From: Isurus oxyrinchus
Taxonomy: Eukaryota
Direction of reading: 5' to 3'
Length of the DNA stretch: 64,000 bases
Assembly (NCBI GenBank): GCA_026770705.1
Contig: JANJGN010000001.1
Coordinates: 165,540,001 to 165,604,000 of the forward strand
Shown here: positions 1-15,198 of the stretch, in pieces
How positions within the stretch are numbered: position 1 is the first letter of the stretch
Layout of the letters: every line of letters starts with the position of its first letter
Notes under the pieces: generated by a model
Told to the model about the DNA's origin: nothing
Seen by the model: the letters and a program-made list of their open reading frames with translations, nothing else
The model's database searches: none
Position numbers and translations under genes: made by a program

Positions 1-756
1 AGTTTCTATGTTTCTTACAAGTTCATAAAAATTGATAAAATAGCTATTCATACTTCCATGTAATAAACTTTAATCCTTGTAAACCTTTAATCTTTTTCAA
101 ATAAACAAATAGGCATTGGAAAGCCACTTCAAGTAAAGCTCATGTTATTAAAAACTCATAAAACTGTCAATCAAACAAAGCAAAAAGTCCCAATCACGGC
201 TGTGCAGAAAAGCCCTACAGAGCTGAATCCATTAGTGAGTTTGGAGCTCAGTCAAACATTCACAATTTAATTCCATTGTACAGCTGTGTCCACAAATGCT
301 TTAACACAAATGTATTGAAACCTTTCAAGTAGGCTGAACAGATGGCCAACCTGTCAATCAAAATCAACCATCTGGTGAGCAAGAAGGGCAGTTCTTTCAA
401 GCCTATTTGCCTATTTGCTTATTTTGGCAGTTTTGTATGCATTTCAAAGAATTACCAGTATAATTAAAAGGCTCATTGGTTCTGCACCTAGAGGATACTT
501 GGAGGACTGCTTCAAAGGCTGAGCAGATGTTATGACGTTAAATCAATGTGAAAATCAAACATCAGGATCTTCTCTGTATAGAATGCAGAAGACCACTTTA
601 TCGACTGATAAAGTACTGCAGTGTATCGGAACACTCTCACAATGCTGGTCCATTTAATGGTCACTACGTTTTAGAAACAAGACCTATCATCAATCACTAC
701 ATTAAAATTTACTGAAATTATCAAACACTATCTAAATATGACTATATTGTGCTATT

Positions 757-867
757 GAGCGGGAGCAGGCTATTGAGTTGAATGATCAGCCATGATCATA
801 ATGAATGGTGGAGCATGCTTGAAGGGCTGAATGGCTTCCTACTGCTCTTATTTTCTATGTTTCTATG
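757..867 (+). mobile_element. CR1-type LINE/SINE 3' tail fragment
   Basis: gatcagccatgatc...gaatggtggagca...gggctgaatgg...ttctatgtttctatg; same tail as 23531-23640 in reverse. Confidence 0.7.
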
Positions 868-1665
868 ACATGAGAGTTTGGCAACACTTTAAACTTACCT
901 GTCAATAGGTTCCCATCTCCAAACTAGGCATTCCCCATGGTTCATGACTCCTATGAGGAGCCATGAACCTCATCTCTGGTAAAAGCCTGCCTGACCCCAT
1001 CAAAATTGCGGGCTCTGAAATGCCCCCACCTGCAATGGAATAGGCAAGGGTGAGATTGCTGAGTGTGGGCTCATTATCTGCACCCTTATTGTGAGGCCAT
1101 TAAAATGGGGGCAGGAATCCTAGAATCAGGTTATGTCCGTCATTTTTAAATGCCCCATGTCCCTGTTTCAACATGAACAGAGACGTGAAAATCCAGAGCA
1201 GAGTTTGGCGTGTGTGCATCTGATCCCACTTGATCGCATTGAAAGGACAGTGTTGAGTTTTAAATTACTTCATTCATTTTAATTATTATAGTTTTGAGAA
1301 TGATAATACTTTATGTAGTCTCTTTAGACTGTCACTGGAAGAAGCAAGGTCCAAGGAATTAGATTCTGCCACATTCATTTTACAAGCATAAAATGGCTGC
1401 CTGAAAGTCCAATGCAGTAAGCACTGTGTGCATGTTGATTCCTCGCCATAATGCTTAGGGCTCTTTTGTAGATATTTTTCAGACACTCTTTGGTAGAGGG
1501 CATAGTTCTACAGAGTTGACCATTATGTCACCATTCCCCATCCAACATCATGACCAATTACTACCTGACTGTATTAATGTTATATCTTACCAATATATGT
1601 AATTCATATTCTATTTCAATATATTCTAATTTGTTGTTATAATATATGTACATTTGTCTTTGCAG

Positions 1666-4600
1666 GAAATACTGGCAACAGTTTTGCCATTAATCCAATT
1701 TTAGGTACTATTATCGTCGCAAAAGATCTGGATCGTAGTACACGGAGGCAGTATGAACTCATTGTCAAAGCAACCGATGGAGGACAGCCTCCAATGAGTA
1801 CAATTACTACTGTTCGCATCTTTGTGACCATTTCAGATAATGCAGCACCCAAATTTGCAGTAATAGAGTACTATGCAGAGATAAGTGAAGGGGCAAGCAT
1901 TGGCAGTTTTGTTATCCTGGCAACTGCATCCAGTCAATCATCTATTGTTTATGAAATAAAAGATGGAAATACATACGGTGCATTTAATATCAACCCTAAC
2001 TCGGGTGTCATAATCACTCAAAAGGCACTTGACAATGAAGGACTGGCTTCATACCGGCTTATAGTTCAAGCTACGAATATGGCTGGCTTGTCTACCAATA
2101 TCACTGTTTTGATACACCTGCGAGATGAAAATGACAACATGCCAGTCTTCACTCAGTCAGAATATATAGGAATCATTAGTGAATCTGCCCATGTCAACAG
2201 CGTTGTTCTGAATGACAAAAATACTCCCCTGGTAATTCAAGCCACAGATGCTGATGAAGGATCCAACGCTCTTCTGTTTTATCAGATTGCTGAACCATCT
2301 GCCCAAAAATATTTTGCCATTGATTCCAGCACAGGTGCCATTCGTGCAGTGCTAAAACTAGACTATGAGCAGACCAGTATTTTTCATTTCACTGTGCAAG
2401 TGCATGACACTGGAAACCCACAATTATTTGCAGAACATGCAGCAAATGTTACCATTCATGTGATTGATGTAAATGATTGTCCTCCAGTATTTGTTCAGGA
2501 TATGTATGAGGTGTCTCTCCTTGTGCCAACATATAAAGGAGTGAGAGTGACTGTTGTAAATGCCACAGATGCAGATTCGGGTTCAAATGCGGATCTAATT
2601 TATTCCATTATTGATGGTAACATAGGTGAGAAGTTTTCTATTGATGTAAAGACAGCACTTATTTCAGTGCAAAACATGACTCACTTGAGGAGCAGATATG
2701 AGCTTACAGTTCGAGTTAGTGATGGCAGATTTTCAAGCACAACATCCGTGCACATAAATATAAAAGAAAGCAAAGAAAGCCACTTGAAATTCACACAAAG
2801 CTCATATTCTGCTGTGGTAAAGGAAAACTCTACAGAAGTCAAAACTATAGCCATTATTACCACAATGGGCAATGAAATGAATGAACCGTTATTTTACCAT
2901 ATCCTTAACCCTGATCGAAAGTTTAAAATAAGTCATACTTCAGGTGTTCTTGCAACTACAGGAATTCCATTTGATCGTGAAGAAAAGGAAGTCTACGATG
3001 TGGTGGTTGAAGTTAGTGAAGAAAAGAAATCATCAAGAGTTGCTCACGTTGTAGTAAAGGTTACTGTTGAAGACATTAATGACAATGCTCCAATTTTTAT
3101 CAACATGCCTTATTATGCTGTGGTCCAAGTTGATGCTGAAGTAGGCCATGTTATTCGCCAAGTTGCAGCTATAGACAAGGATGTTGGTAAAAATGGCGAA
3201 GTTTCTTATTACCTTAAAAAACACCATGAACATTTTCAGGTAGGACCAACAGGGGAAATATCCCTAAAGAAGATTTTTGAACCCAACCTATCAAATGTGG
3301 AATACGTTATTATTGTTATAGCAAAAGATGGAGGCGAGATATCACTTTCAGCAGAAGTTGAAGTGCCCATCACTGTTATAAACAAAGCCATGCCTGTATT
3401 TGAAAAACCATTCTACAGCATTGAGATACCTGAGGATATTCAGCTGCATACTCCTGTCGTATATGTACAGGCTAACAGTCCAGAAGGCCCTCGTGTCATT
3501 TACAGCATCACAGATGGAGATCCTTTCAATCAGTTTACAATCAACTTCAACACAGGAGTTGTAAGTGTAATTAGCTCACTAGACTTTGAGATGCATCCAG
3601 CTTATAAGTTAACTGTAAGAGCAACAGACTCACTGACCGGATCTCATGCTGAGGTATTTGTCGATATTGTGGTAGAAGATGTTAACGATAATCCTCCAGT
3701 GTTCACGGAGAGGAAATACACTGCCACTCTATCTGAGGCCTCTGTGGTAGGTACATCTGTGGTTCAGGTTATTGCTACAGATTCGGATTCTGGAATGAAT
3801 AAAGTTATTTATTATCAGTTGGTAGAAGATGAGACCAAAAGCTCAGAATATTTTCACATTGACAGCACCAGTGGCCTCATTTTGACAGCACGGATGCTTG
3901 ATTATGAACAGGTTCAGCAGTTTAATCTCCTTGTTAGAGCCTTGGACAGTGGAAAGCCTCAACTTAGTAGTGATATTATTTTAACTGTCCACATCACTGA
4001 TTTGAATGACAACCCACCATTGTTCAATGAATTGCTGTACCAGGCCTCTGTAAGTGAGCCTGTAACACGTGGGCATTTTGTAACACATGTGCAGGCCTCT
4101 GATGCAGATACTTCTGATGTGGAGAAACTTCGATATTCAATTGTGTCTGGCAACGAACATATGAATTTTGCAATTGATAGTAAGTCAGGCATTATTACAG
4201 TTGCAAACTTGCACAAGCAGAGTCTGGAGGCAGTTTATAATCTTAGTGTATCTGTATCAGATGGTGTTTTTAGAAGCTCAGCAAAAGTTCGGGTAAGCAT
4301 TATTACTGCTAATTTCCATAATCCTGTTTTTGATCAAACTAACTATGAAGTAGAATTGGCTGAAAATTCTGATGTTGGTACCCTGGTGATTGAAGTAAAG
4401 GCAACCGATGAAGACTCTGGTACATATGGGCACATAAGTTATTTCATTGTTAATGACTTTGCAAGCGATAAATTTTTTATTGAGCAGAAAGGAAAAATTT
4501 TCACATCAGAGAAATTGGATCGTGAGAACCCAGTAGAGAAAGTGATCATCGTCAGTATTATGGCAAAAGATGGTGGTGGTAAAGTGGCTTTCTGCAATAT

Positions 4601-5736
4601 TAACGTCATACTTACTGACGAAAATGATAATATGCCTCAGTTCCGAGCTACTGAGTACATGGTAAACATTGGGTCATATGCTCCAAAAGGTTCTTCAGTC
4701 ATTAAGATTATAGCATCAGATGCTGATGAAGGGAGTAATGCGGACATTGTCTACACCATTGAGGCAGATTCTGACAATGTTGAAGAAAACCTTCAAATTG
4801 ATTCATTTTCTGGGCTCATCAGCACCAAAGAAAGTCTGGTTGGACTAGAAAACAACTTTTATACTTTCTTTGTAAGAGCTAAAGATGGTGGCGTGCCACA
4901 GCAGGAATCTGTTGTCCCTGTCTATGTTAGAATACTCCCACCTGAAGTTCCCTTTCCAATATTTCCTGAACCCTTCTACACATTCACAATCTCTGAAGGG
5001 ATCAACATTGGAACTGAGATTGATTTAATTAGAGCAGAAAATGATCAACCAATGGTCTACAGTCTTGTGAAGGGAAATACCCCTGAAAGCAACATGGATC
5101 AAATATTTGCCATAGAACAGGACACTGGATGGTTAAAAACTGAAAAGAAACTTGATCATGAAACAACTAAATGGTACCAGATTACAGTCATGGCACAATA
5201 TCATTTTGAGGAATACGAAATAGTTTCTTCTGTGGATGTACGTATTCAAGTGAAAGATGAAAATGACAACACCCCCATTTTTGATTCTAACCCATATGAA
5301 GCCTTTGTTGTGGAAAACTTACCTGAAGGTACCACAGTAATTCAAGTGAAAGCGACTGATCCGGATTCTGGAGCCAATGGTCAGGTAACTTACAGTTTAG
5401 CTCAATCTCAGGAGTTTGATCATATACTGGAGCTCTTTACCATTAACAGTGAAACAGGTTGGATAACTACTCTTAAAGAGTTGGACCATGAGCAACAGAA
5501 GAAATACAACATCATAGTAATAGCATCTGATCATGGAGAGAAGGTACAGTTGTCCACTTCATCAGTGGTGGATGTCACTGTTAGTGATGTGAATGACAAC
5601 CCTCCACGCTTTACTGCTGAAGTCTACAAAGGGACTGTGAGTGAAGATGACCCACCTGGCGGAGTGATAGCCATCTTGAGTACTATAGACGCTGACACTG
5701 AAGAAGTCAATAGACAAGTTACATGCTACATTACAG
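1666..5736 (+). CDS. FAT1: FAT1 large internal exon (~exon 10): about 13 tandem cadherin repeats
   Basis: Acceptor tttgcag|GA AAT ACT GGC and donor ACA G|gtaagg; in frame with ORF 1794-5786; repeated DxNDNxPxF, LDxE and AxDxD cadherin motifs; phase 1 at both ends. Confidence 0.97.
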
Positions 5737-6344
5737 GTAAGGACATTGTCAAAGTACTGGTGCTTGGTGCAGTTATTGGGGACTAGGCATATTTATGTTA
5801 ACATATGTTGTTTTGAGATTAGTGGGGCTGATAATTAAGAAATCTGAAGTTTATATTTCCCATGCCTTGCAGTTAGGTTTAAATCATGGCATTTTGTTTA
5901 TCTGTGGAACAGTGCAGTAACTTAAATCTATTCAATCACTGCCAAACCTGATAATATTATCACTGTTAGTCCCGGAATTTCTGACTAGTAGTTTCTGGTT
6001 GGAAATTCAACCTTTTTGCACTTCTTCCAAATTTGTAAAATGGGTGCAGAGAACCAATTTCGGAAGCCAACATCTTGTGCAAAAAGAACGCCTAAAAAGC
6101 ATCTGACACGGTGAGGCAAGCAGCCTGACATTGAAATTCTTTAAATGGGTGCTCTGCCCATGACATTTTGCTAAGCAGTATTAATGGAGCCCAAGGCCCA
6201 ATTTCAAGCCACCTTCAGGCTTTTCAGTTGGGGCACATGTTTGTGCACGACACCCATTTTGGGCCCGTAGATGAGTCGAAAGGAATTTCTGCTTCCCTGT
6301 GTAACATGAATTGTTAGTAATTTGCTGTGTATCTCTGCAACAGT

Positions 6345-6800
6345 TTTATTTATTCTTTCACTGGATGTGGGCATCACTGGCTAGGCCAGCATTTATTGAA
6401 TTGCTGCAGTCCATGTGGTGTAGATACTCCAAGCATGCTTTTAGGAAGGAAGTTCCAGGATTTTGACCCGGCGACAGTGAAGGAATGGCAATATAGTTCC
6501 AAGTCAGGAACGTGCAGGTGGCAGTGTTCCATGTGCCTGTTGCCTTTCTGTTTTAGATGGAGAGATCGTGGGTTTGTAAAGCACTGCCGAAGAAGCCTTG
6601 GCTCATGTTCATGTGGCTGCTCATGTGGGGATTGCTGGCAAGGCAGCATTTACTGCCTGTCCCTAATTCCCCTCAAGAAGGTGGCATTCAATAGTAGCCC
6701 CCTGGGATGCTGATGGTGGGGTTTCAATGAAGGTATTGCAGTTAAATTTCAATGGAAGTGGCTAAACACTCTCTTGTTGGCAATAGTTTTTTACTAGGGG
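6345..6800 (-). mobile_element. Internally deleted CR1/L2-group LINE 3' fragment
   Basis: Homologous to 59573-60235; LPKSMLGVSTPHGLQQF remnant and the shared aataaatgctggcctagccag tail. Confidence 0.7.
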
Positions 6801-9074
6801 ATGACTAAGGTTTTATTGCGGGGGGAAGGTGATGGAACTATGATATTTAGCTGTTCCATTTTTTTAGTGAGAATTTCTGGGGCAGTGCAAAATGCCCAGA
6901 AAATCATGGCGTGGGCTACGTAATATCATAAATCCCTCACGCCTTTAATTTCCTGGGATTGCACACATAAATGGTTTAAACTGTGGATTCCTCAAATTCC
7001 ATTCAACTTCAAAGCAATGGTTCAGTTTTGAGGATATGTATGTTCAAATATTTAAATTTAGGTATGTCAGTTTTTGAAAAGTCAATCTTACCGTAAGAAT
7101 TCTGAAGCCAATTGTTATGAATTAGCAGTTCAAGGCAGATGCTCACCACCACCACCTCAAGGGCAAATGGAGATGGGCAGTAAATGTTGATCTTGCCAGC
7201 AATTCCCACAACCCATAAATGAATAAGACGACAATTAGATTAAATTAAGCTGGGATTACAGTTTGGGCAATTTAAGACTGAAAGCCTTTGGTTTCACGGT
7301 GGTTTGTATAACCTCAATGGGAAGGCAGCTTGGGTCATTGTCCCATCTAATGAATGAATCAGACAGATGTAACAAAAGCCCTTCACGGGAATTAGCTTTC
7401 TCTAATTTGAATTTGTGCTTGCTACTACTTGTCAATTCACCTTTCAAACATCAATTTTAAACAGTTCCTGGCCAAAGTAGCATCACATTGTAATGGGTTT
7501 TTATTTTGACAATTGGCACATACCGCCCCTGACCTGGCCCTTTGTTGTGTCAGATTTTAATTAAATTCCAACAATCGTGATATAAATTCTTCACTGAAAT
7601 ATCATTAACCCTAATTGCTTAATTTTTGGCTAACACCGGTGCTACAGAAGCCACAGGCCCTCCAAATGGGCTGCGTGGTACCTCAAGCTGCTTCCGCCTT
7701 GGCACCCCATGCTGGGAAGGGCATAGGTGTCCATAGTCATAGGACTTCTAAAGTGGCCAGATAGTGGTCTCAAACAGCTGTTCCGGCTGATTTGATGTAA
7801 AAATTCCAAACTTGGACCATGTAGGTCAAGTTATTTGCTTGTCAGTCAATGAAGAAGCTGCAAGAGGGGACCTTGCATTATTTAAAGGTCCAGTCATCTA
7901 ACTTGCAGGTAAAGAAATTTAGACTGAATTCAGCTATTGCAAAGTTTCAGGAGTACGATGAGTGTTTTTGGAGGTGTTCTGGCAAATTGATGGATTTGGC
8001 AGATAGTTTTGTCACATCTTCACAAGGAGAGCAAAGGATTAGGTATGGGGGCTGCAGTTGCAGTGCCTCAGGGTCTGCAGCATGACAGGGAGATTGTGCA
8101 GGGGCTGCAGAGAGGAGAAGCTCCATTTGGTGCCTTCTTCCAAGATGTGGTTGGACTTCTACATGCCTTTTGATCATGGCAGGAGGCTGTTTGGCAGACT
8201 TGCCAATGCACCCAGCATTTCAGTGTCTTTCCTCATCCGCATTCTCCTTTATGCTGCCCAGAGTCCTCATTTGAGTCCTTTGCCACAGAACTTGACTGCG
8301 ACCCCACACTTGATAAACCCTTTGGCACATGAAAGATCCTTTATCAATGGCCTTGCTGCAGCCTACTCGTGCTCAGTGACTCACTGCATTCAGATTTTGA
8401 CTCTGTACTAGCCTCCAAGGTAGGTTCAATGCCAGTATCTGAGCTGGTAGGTGCAAGTGTCATATCAAACGATCAGTTCTCTTCATCAGTGCTATGGTTT
8501 TGCTCTCTCCCTCTCTCACTGCCCCCACTCCCCTTCTTACTCACCCACCCCCCCAACCCTCACCCCCCCCCCCCCACCCCACCCCCTCTTTCTCTCTCTC
8601 TCCCCCTCTTGCCCCCCACCTCCATCTTGGGGCTCCTGTGGCTGGAAAGGCAGCAATTCCTGGGAAAACAAAAAATATAAAAGGGAAAAATTGAGTAAGG
8701 GAAGGGAGAGTGTGAGAGTTTGGAAAGCAAGAGGTCCATGGTCACATCTCAGCAGCTTGCACACATGGGTGAGGTTGAATTTGAGAAGGGGTATAAGGTA
8801 GGAACATGCTGTCATCCCAATGTTCTCAGCAATGTTGGTTGCCAGGGGCTGTGTTGCAGCCAGACCCATGATGCAGAAAACCATCTCTTCTGCAGAGCTC
8901 AGGCATCCTTGTACCCCACCAGTTCTGCTCTGCTCCCAGCAGTAATGACCCACCTTGCCCTGAAAGAGAGAGGGGAAAATGTTATCGACTCTGTTGTACT
9001 TTGTTTGAGTGATGTGCTTTCCATAGCTGAATAGCTGGAGGTATGAAGAAGCGAAGCTGGGTTTGAGGTTGACA

Positions 9075-9400
9075 TCATTGGAATATCTGTGAGGATGAAG
9101 TAGCGTACCTGAATATTAGACCTGTGTCCTGATTTTTAGAGATTGCTGATGGGTAAACAGTGAAAGTGTAGTGCATCAAGAGCATGAGAGATTGATAGTG
9201 TGTTGGGTAGGAGATGTCCTTTGAAGGTGCATTCACTGACCTTGACAGCCATTGAACTTTGCAGCACTGCTGCCAGGTCTTCAGAGCCAGACTCTGGGTG
9301 TTGACCTCCCTGGCCACCTGCTGCCATTTCCTGATGAGTGTTTGAGAACAGAGTCCCCTGTTCTCCTGCACAATAATCTCTATCCTTATATTACCTCCAT
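9075..9400 (-). mobile_element. Degenerate Myb/SANT-like ORF, probably from a PIF/Harbinger transposon
   Basis: WQQVAREVN...KTWQQCCK fits the W..VA..VN...(R/K)TW.QC.K pattern; lies in a GC-richer block ~7600-9750. Confidence 0.5.
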
Positions 9401-11488
9401 CACCACATTTCTGAACCTAGGAGTTCTCGTTCTCTCTCTCTCTGTCCTATGGACTCCATTTGTGCACCTCCCTCTTATAGCCAGTGTCAGCACAAGCAAT
9501 CAGCAGCAGCTCCCTTCCACTGAGTAAGCCTTGCTCTTAAGAGAGGCTGACTGCCTTTAAGAGGAGCACATGATAAAAGCGCACACTGTTTGGTCCCCTA
9601 CAGGACACTCAAGCAGCCAGCAGCATGGGCCGGCTTGAGCCAGCACTACCCTCAAGTAAATGAGGTGGCAGCAACAAGCTAGCATGTTACCTCCCTGAAC
9701 GGAAACAGGTTGTGAATTGTGCCTGTGCCCAAAAATAGGCTTTAACAAATGTTTTACCCCTTTAGTTCTATTATTTGTGACAGAATAAAAGAATGCTAGA
9801 AATTTCATTTTACCTTTGATGGGTCTCTGAAATATGATATAGTTAAAAAATGAATTGGAAATTTGGCAAAATTCCACCTGTTACAGCATTTTTGTAGTTA
9901 TATTGTTTGAACTGTTCCTTCCAAAATATAAACAGTCGTTTCCCCACTGATCATTTTTGTGATTGTTGGTTAAATTTCTAGACTTATATTTGCACAACAG
10001 TGAACCTTCTTTGAGATGAAAATATGGATTTCTTCATCGCATTATAAATTGCTGCCAAAATGATAAAATGGCAGATGGTCATAGAAGTACTTAGCATTAG
10101 GGCCATTAACCTCATCACTTGTTTGGAAATAATTGTTATTTACATTTCCATGAATTCTGTTTTGAATAATGCAAAATAATTCTTGTTCCACTGGTATCCA
10201 CTTGATGTAATGAAATTCAATGTTTATGTTGTTTAGAGATATTTTTATATTTCACTGGCGATGTTAAGCTAAATTGGATTGATGCTGCAAAGGTTAGCCT
10301 GTTAGCCTTTTCTGATTACTTATTGAGTTTTGCTTATTGGAGCTCTCCCAATTGAAAGTACATTATTGAGACAAAGTGTAGGGGGAGTTACTGATGAATT
10401 GTAATTGATTTGTACAGAGAGCTTTGATGGGAAGCAAAGTTCATTTGCATGGGCAGTAATATGTCAGTGATTAACCGTGTACGAAGAGCTGTATCTTTTA
10501 CTACAAGGAATTTGGCCAGATAAAATGATTCAACTTTATGTCCCTTTTCATGGTGTGCCCCCTAGGTTTAAATAATTCTATTCAATGTTTTATTTTATTG
10601 TTACTAGCCTCAGCCCACAGTCACAAGCTGGCAAGAAGAGTTTGTTTAGGTTTTAGTCTCTACAGAGACTATAGTCAGAATCTAAAATTGGGAAATCATT
10701 ACCAGCTAGCATTAAAGCTGTAAATACTGTTTCTATATTCAAGTATAAATAGAATGTGAAATCTATTAAGAATTTAATGATTTAATGTTACCACCAGCAA
10801 ACCAAACCACATTTTGGGCAATGGAAATGATTGCCTTTTCTGATGACTTTATTTATCAAATATTGTTTACTGGACCTTTCCCAATAGTAAGTAGGTAAAG
10901 CAGCAGTGAATGCAGCACTTGGCAATGTCCACCAGATGCCCATGCTTGATTCCCAACCTATGCGACAGCTGACCTTGGATAGGGTAGCAATTGTCATACT
11001 GCGTTTCTAATATAGAAATAGAGGTTCATTCAAGGGTCTAACTGCTGATCACTATTTTGTGTCTCCTCTCACCTCAAATCCTGATTGGAAAGTGCATGTA
11101 TTCACATGCTTGGTGATATGTTGGACTTGACTATGAATCTCCTCATGGCCGATAGCCTGCTGAAATTCAATATCTGGGCTTCAACGCCAATAGTTGCTAG
11201 ATGACCATCAGAAGACAGAAGCATTATTACCCCAAAATAAAGTTTTAAGGAGGCTCAGTTGCTGAAACATGATCCTCTGAAAGTCCAGTGCTATTCAACC
11301 AGATTGATTGCTGACCGATTTATACAGCAGCAGATGTTTCAGAAATGTTTTCAATATGGTTCAAAATTTTTCCTTTGATTTCTATCAAATACAAATGCTA
11401 GTGATTAAGCAGTAGTATTGTTTGTGTTCTCCCTTGTTTGTAAATAAGATCGTATGTTGTTTAATGGCAATTTTAAATTAATTTTCAG

Positions 11489-11685
11489 GAGGAGATCCTC
11501 TGGGACAATATGCAATTGAACACATTCAGAATGAATGGAAGGTTTATGTCAGAAAACCTTTGGATAGAGAAAAGAAAGATCATTACCTTTTAAACATTAC
11601 AGCTACTGATGGGACTTTAGTGGCCAAAGCAATAGTAGAAGTTAAAGTCCTTGATGCAAATGATAATAGCCCTATATGTGAAAAG
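11489..11685 (+). CDS. FAT1: FAT1 exon (~11), cadherin repeat (GGDPLGQYAIE...VLDANDNSPICEK)
   Basis: attttcag|GA...AAG|gtgagt; 197 nt, open frame, phase fits neighbours; not in the ORF track. Confidence 0.95.
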
Positions 11686-14626
11686 GTGAGTATTAGGCAT
11701 GTAGGAATTATTGTATGAAGTTAATATACAAATGCTTAACATGTTTGCATCAAATTCCTTTCTCCATTATTTTAACTAAAGAGTTAAAAGAGCAGAGAGA
11801 ACAATCTAGTTGACTCTTTAAAAATAAATGCCCTCTAAATGAGGGCAGTTAGGGATGGCAATAAATGCTGGCCTAGACAGCCCACATCCCATGAGCGAAT
11901 AAAAAAAACAATCTGATGCAAGCATGTTAGGTGTTTGCACAATAAAATTATCATTAATTCCTTATTTTTTGAAGGTTAGAGGAGCATTGCCAAGTTGCAA
12001 AGTATTTACAGCACAGAAGCAGGCCATTCAGCCCAGTAGGTCCATGCTGCTATTAATATTCTACATGAGCCTCCTCCCATCTCTCTCCATCTAACCCCAT
12101 CAATGTATCTTTATATTCCTTTCTCTCTCATATGCTCATGCAGCTTCACCTTGTCTTTGTAGAAATAGTAATGAAGGAAATTAGACAATGTAAATTCAGC
12201 CTTTAAGAGATTGCAGGAGGATATCAAATCTGGCTAAATAACAGAAATCATGTGTTTCAAGCAGATGGTGTCACTCAGTTGTGCATTTTTCTGTAAACAA
12301 GATCCTGGATAGGATTCATGGAAAGCTAATGACACGTGACGAAAATAACCAAAAAAATCTCTTGCGCATTTACTGTCCACGTATGTTAAGATAGATGCAT
12401 TAACCAGTGGCATAAACCACACAGAGCACATTTACAAGAACTTATGTTCCTTGTAGCATATTGACAGCTATATGATCCTTCACGCCTTCTTTGCTCCTGT
12501 GCAGATTGAGTCATGGCTCCAAATTAATGGCCATGTTTTTTCTCAATAAATAGCTCCATTTCACTGTTCTTCTCTCAGTAGAAAAATTTGTGATTCCTCT
12601 TGTGTTGAATTATTGGTCAGCTGTTATTCCTATTAATTTTACAAGTTTGAATTAGCCACAAAAAAATTATCAATATAATTAGTCAGAGATTTAATTGTTT
12701 TAATTTTGATAAAGTTATTTTGGTCAAATTAGTGCTTGCTATCAATTGATTTTTATACCAAGGGGAGAAATTGAATCATGACAGCCTGTTTCTCTCGTTA
12801 AAAACCTGGGTTAGATTCCACATTCTGCATTGTAATCTGCTGCGCCTAGATTGTACAGGAAGTGTACTGGGTACCAAACAGGCTTCAGTGAGTTTTAATT
12901 ACCTAAGCCAGTTGAATCCTTAAAGGGACTGCCATAAGATTCAAAACCTCTTTTTCCATGAAACTGCAGTTATGGCCATTGAAACTCTCTTTGGCATTTC
13001 TCTATGCCTAGCAATGCTGGCTATTTGTCATATAAAACCACTTATGTTCACCATTGCTGAGGCGATAATGATGGGAGGCACAAAATACAATGTGACACCA
13101 AAATATTGCAATTCTTAAATCCACTTTACCCTGCCAAGTGATAGAGAAGGTCAGAAAAATGTTCTGATCATTGATCAATCTCATGCCTCGAGGGCATGTA
13201 CACTCACACCTCTGAAATAATTAGAAAAAAAAGATGCAAGAAGTTCTTTCAGCCCTTTAAGACATTTCTTCCCTCATTTATGCTGTATCATCAACTTGAA
13301 TCCTTTTCCTTACCTGATATTTCTCCAGATTTACCTTTAAATACGTTAATTAGCTAAATATTAAAGCTTTTTCTGCACGCCTGATCCCCACATCCATGAA
13401 ATAAAATTCTCATTATCTGTAGTTTCACTTGAGGCTCCTCGATTTCATTTGTGTGCAAAAATGCTTCCTTCACTCTCTTCTACATTATCAGCACTCCTCA
13501 GCAATCTTCAATGAAAGTAAGATCAACCCTTATAATTGAAGTGCTAAGTTTAATAATCCTCCTTGGTCCTTGTCTCTAATCCTGTTCCAATCCATCATGT
13601 CCGTTAGAAGGTAGGTACCCAGATTGTACACCATATTCCAAAGGCAACACTTGGAAGATTCTAATTGCCTTGCTTCACTTTCTGATCAAACATTTTTGAG
13701 ATATAGTGTGGTACCTACTTAGCTTTGTTGAAATCAACCTCACATTTCAGCAAAAGGTGAATGAGCAACATAAATCTACACTTCTGTAGTTTCCTTTTTC
13801 AGGTGGATTACTTTATATTGATCATTGTTAAAAATTTGTTTGCTGTTTTCCAGCACATACAATTAAAGCAGATGAACAGAATTTTATGAAGGTTGATACA
13901 AAAGGTTATCTTAGCTTTAGGTTATACAACTATATCAAATTATATTATTTCTTAATAGACAATATAGATTATATCTTGTGCCTATACCCACTTGCTGCCA
14001 ACTTTCTCCATTTTCAATTCCTGTATATATTTGTACCAGAAACTTTATGATACAGTAATTATACTCATCGTCTAATCAATGCCATTACTTCCAGGAGGGT
14101 CTAACTATAGCGGGTTGTGTTTACTTAAGCAACTGCTATTATAAAATTCATAATAAAAATATGAAAAATAAGGACAGACTGTGTGTGACTTTAAAGTAAG
14201 AACTGAATCACATTGTAGTCCAATTCTCCCCACTCTTCAATGCCACTTGACCTTGAAACTTGGTTTCAACTCACATGGTGTAATGCCATGGGAGATCTAA
14301 TGGTATTAAAAATTGCTGTTGTGTTACAATAATATCTTCAGTTCTACTGCACCAGGGACAGTCGTCAGGTGATGGTATATTAAGTGGCAAGAGATGAAAA
14401 AGATTGATAGCACAGTAGCAATAAATGAAAAGTGACGCAATATAGTTGATTTAGTGGTTTTTTAAAAGATTTTCACAGTTAACAGTGGATCTTTAAAATA
14501 TCATGATACACTGCCGCAACATCCTTCATCTATGTGTTCATCATCTGTCTATTTTGAGGTTTTTGGAGAATGGGGAATGTGAAATGAAAACTCAAAGAAA
14601 ATATTGCATATTATTTTTCTTTTTAG

Positions 14627-14780
14627 ACATTATACACTGAGACCATTGCAGAGGATGTTCCTTCTGGCAAACTAATCCTTGTGGTGTTGGCTGAAGATGC
14701 AGATATCCGTTCAAATGCTGAAATCACTTACACACTCCACGGAACTGGTGCAGAGAAATTCAGACTAGATCCAGACACTG
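14627..14780 (+). CDS. FAT1: FAT1 exon (~12) (TLYTETIAEDVPSG...FRLDPDT)
   Basis: ttttag|ACA...ACT G|gtgaga; 154 nt; AEDADIRSNAEITY cadherin motif. Confidence 0.95.
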
Positions 14781-15198
14781 GTGAGAATTTTCATACTGTT
14801 CTGCCGTAGTAAGGTATCATACTTTCCATTTTGCGTAGTTGATACGATTTAGGGCGTCCATCAAACTTTGCAAGGGTTCACTATAAAGTGTCACCTTTGC
14901 ACAGTTGGATTGATTAATGTTACTCTTAATCTCAATCTCTGGAAAGTTACTTTCATTCAATATATAATTGTAATTATGTGACAACGTTCATGCCAAAGAC
15001 TTATGGATTGTTAGGTATACGTTATAAATTTGCTAAATGATATTTGTCAGCTAACCAGGAAATATTAAACTGAATAGCTTTTGAGTTCTAAAATCTCTTG
15101 AAAGCAGATGAATATCAAATATTGATATCCAGAAAATGTAAAACTTATCATCTGATAAACATTTCTGTAAATAACTTGTATTTTCATTAAATAATTAG

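Noticed and set aside
939-969. 14-bp-stem hairpin GGTTCATGACTCCT-atg-AGGAGCCATGAACC
   Set aside because: Lies in a decayed GC-rich repeat fragment; too short for a pre-miRNA and has no other support
5737-5786. ORF continuation past the large exon (KDIVKVLVLGAVIGD*)
   Set aside because: Read-through into the intron; a strong gtaagg donor and an in-phase next exon exist
8369-8953. Overlapping Pro/Gly-rich ORFs
   Set aside because: Produced by poly-C/CT low-complexity sequence within a decayed TE
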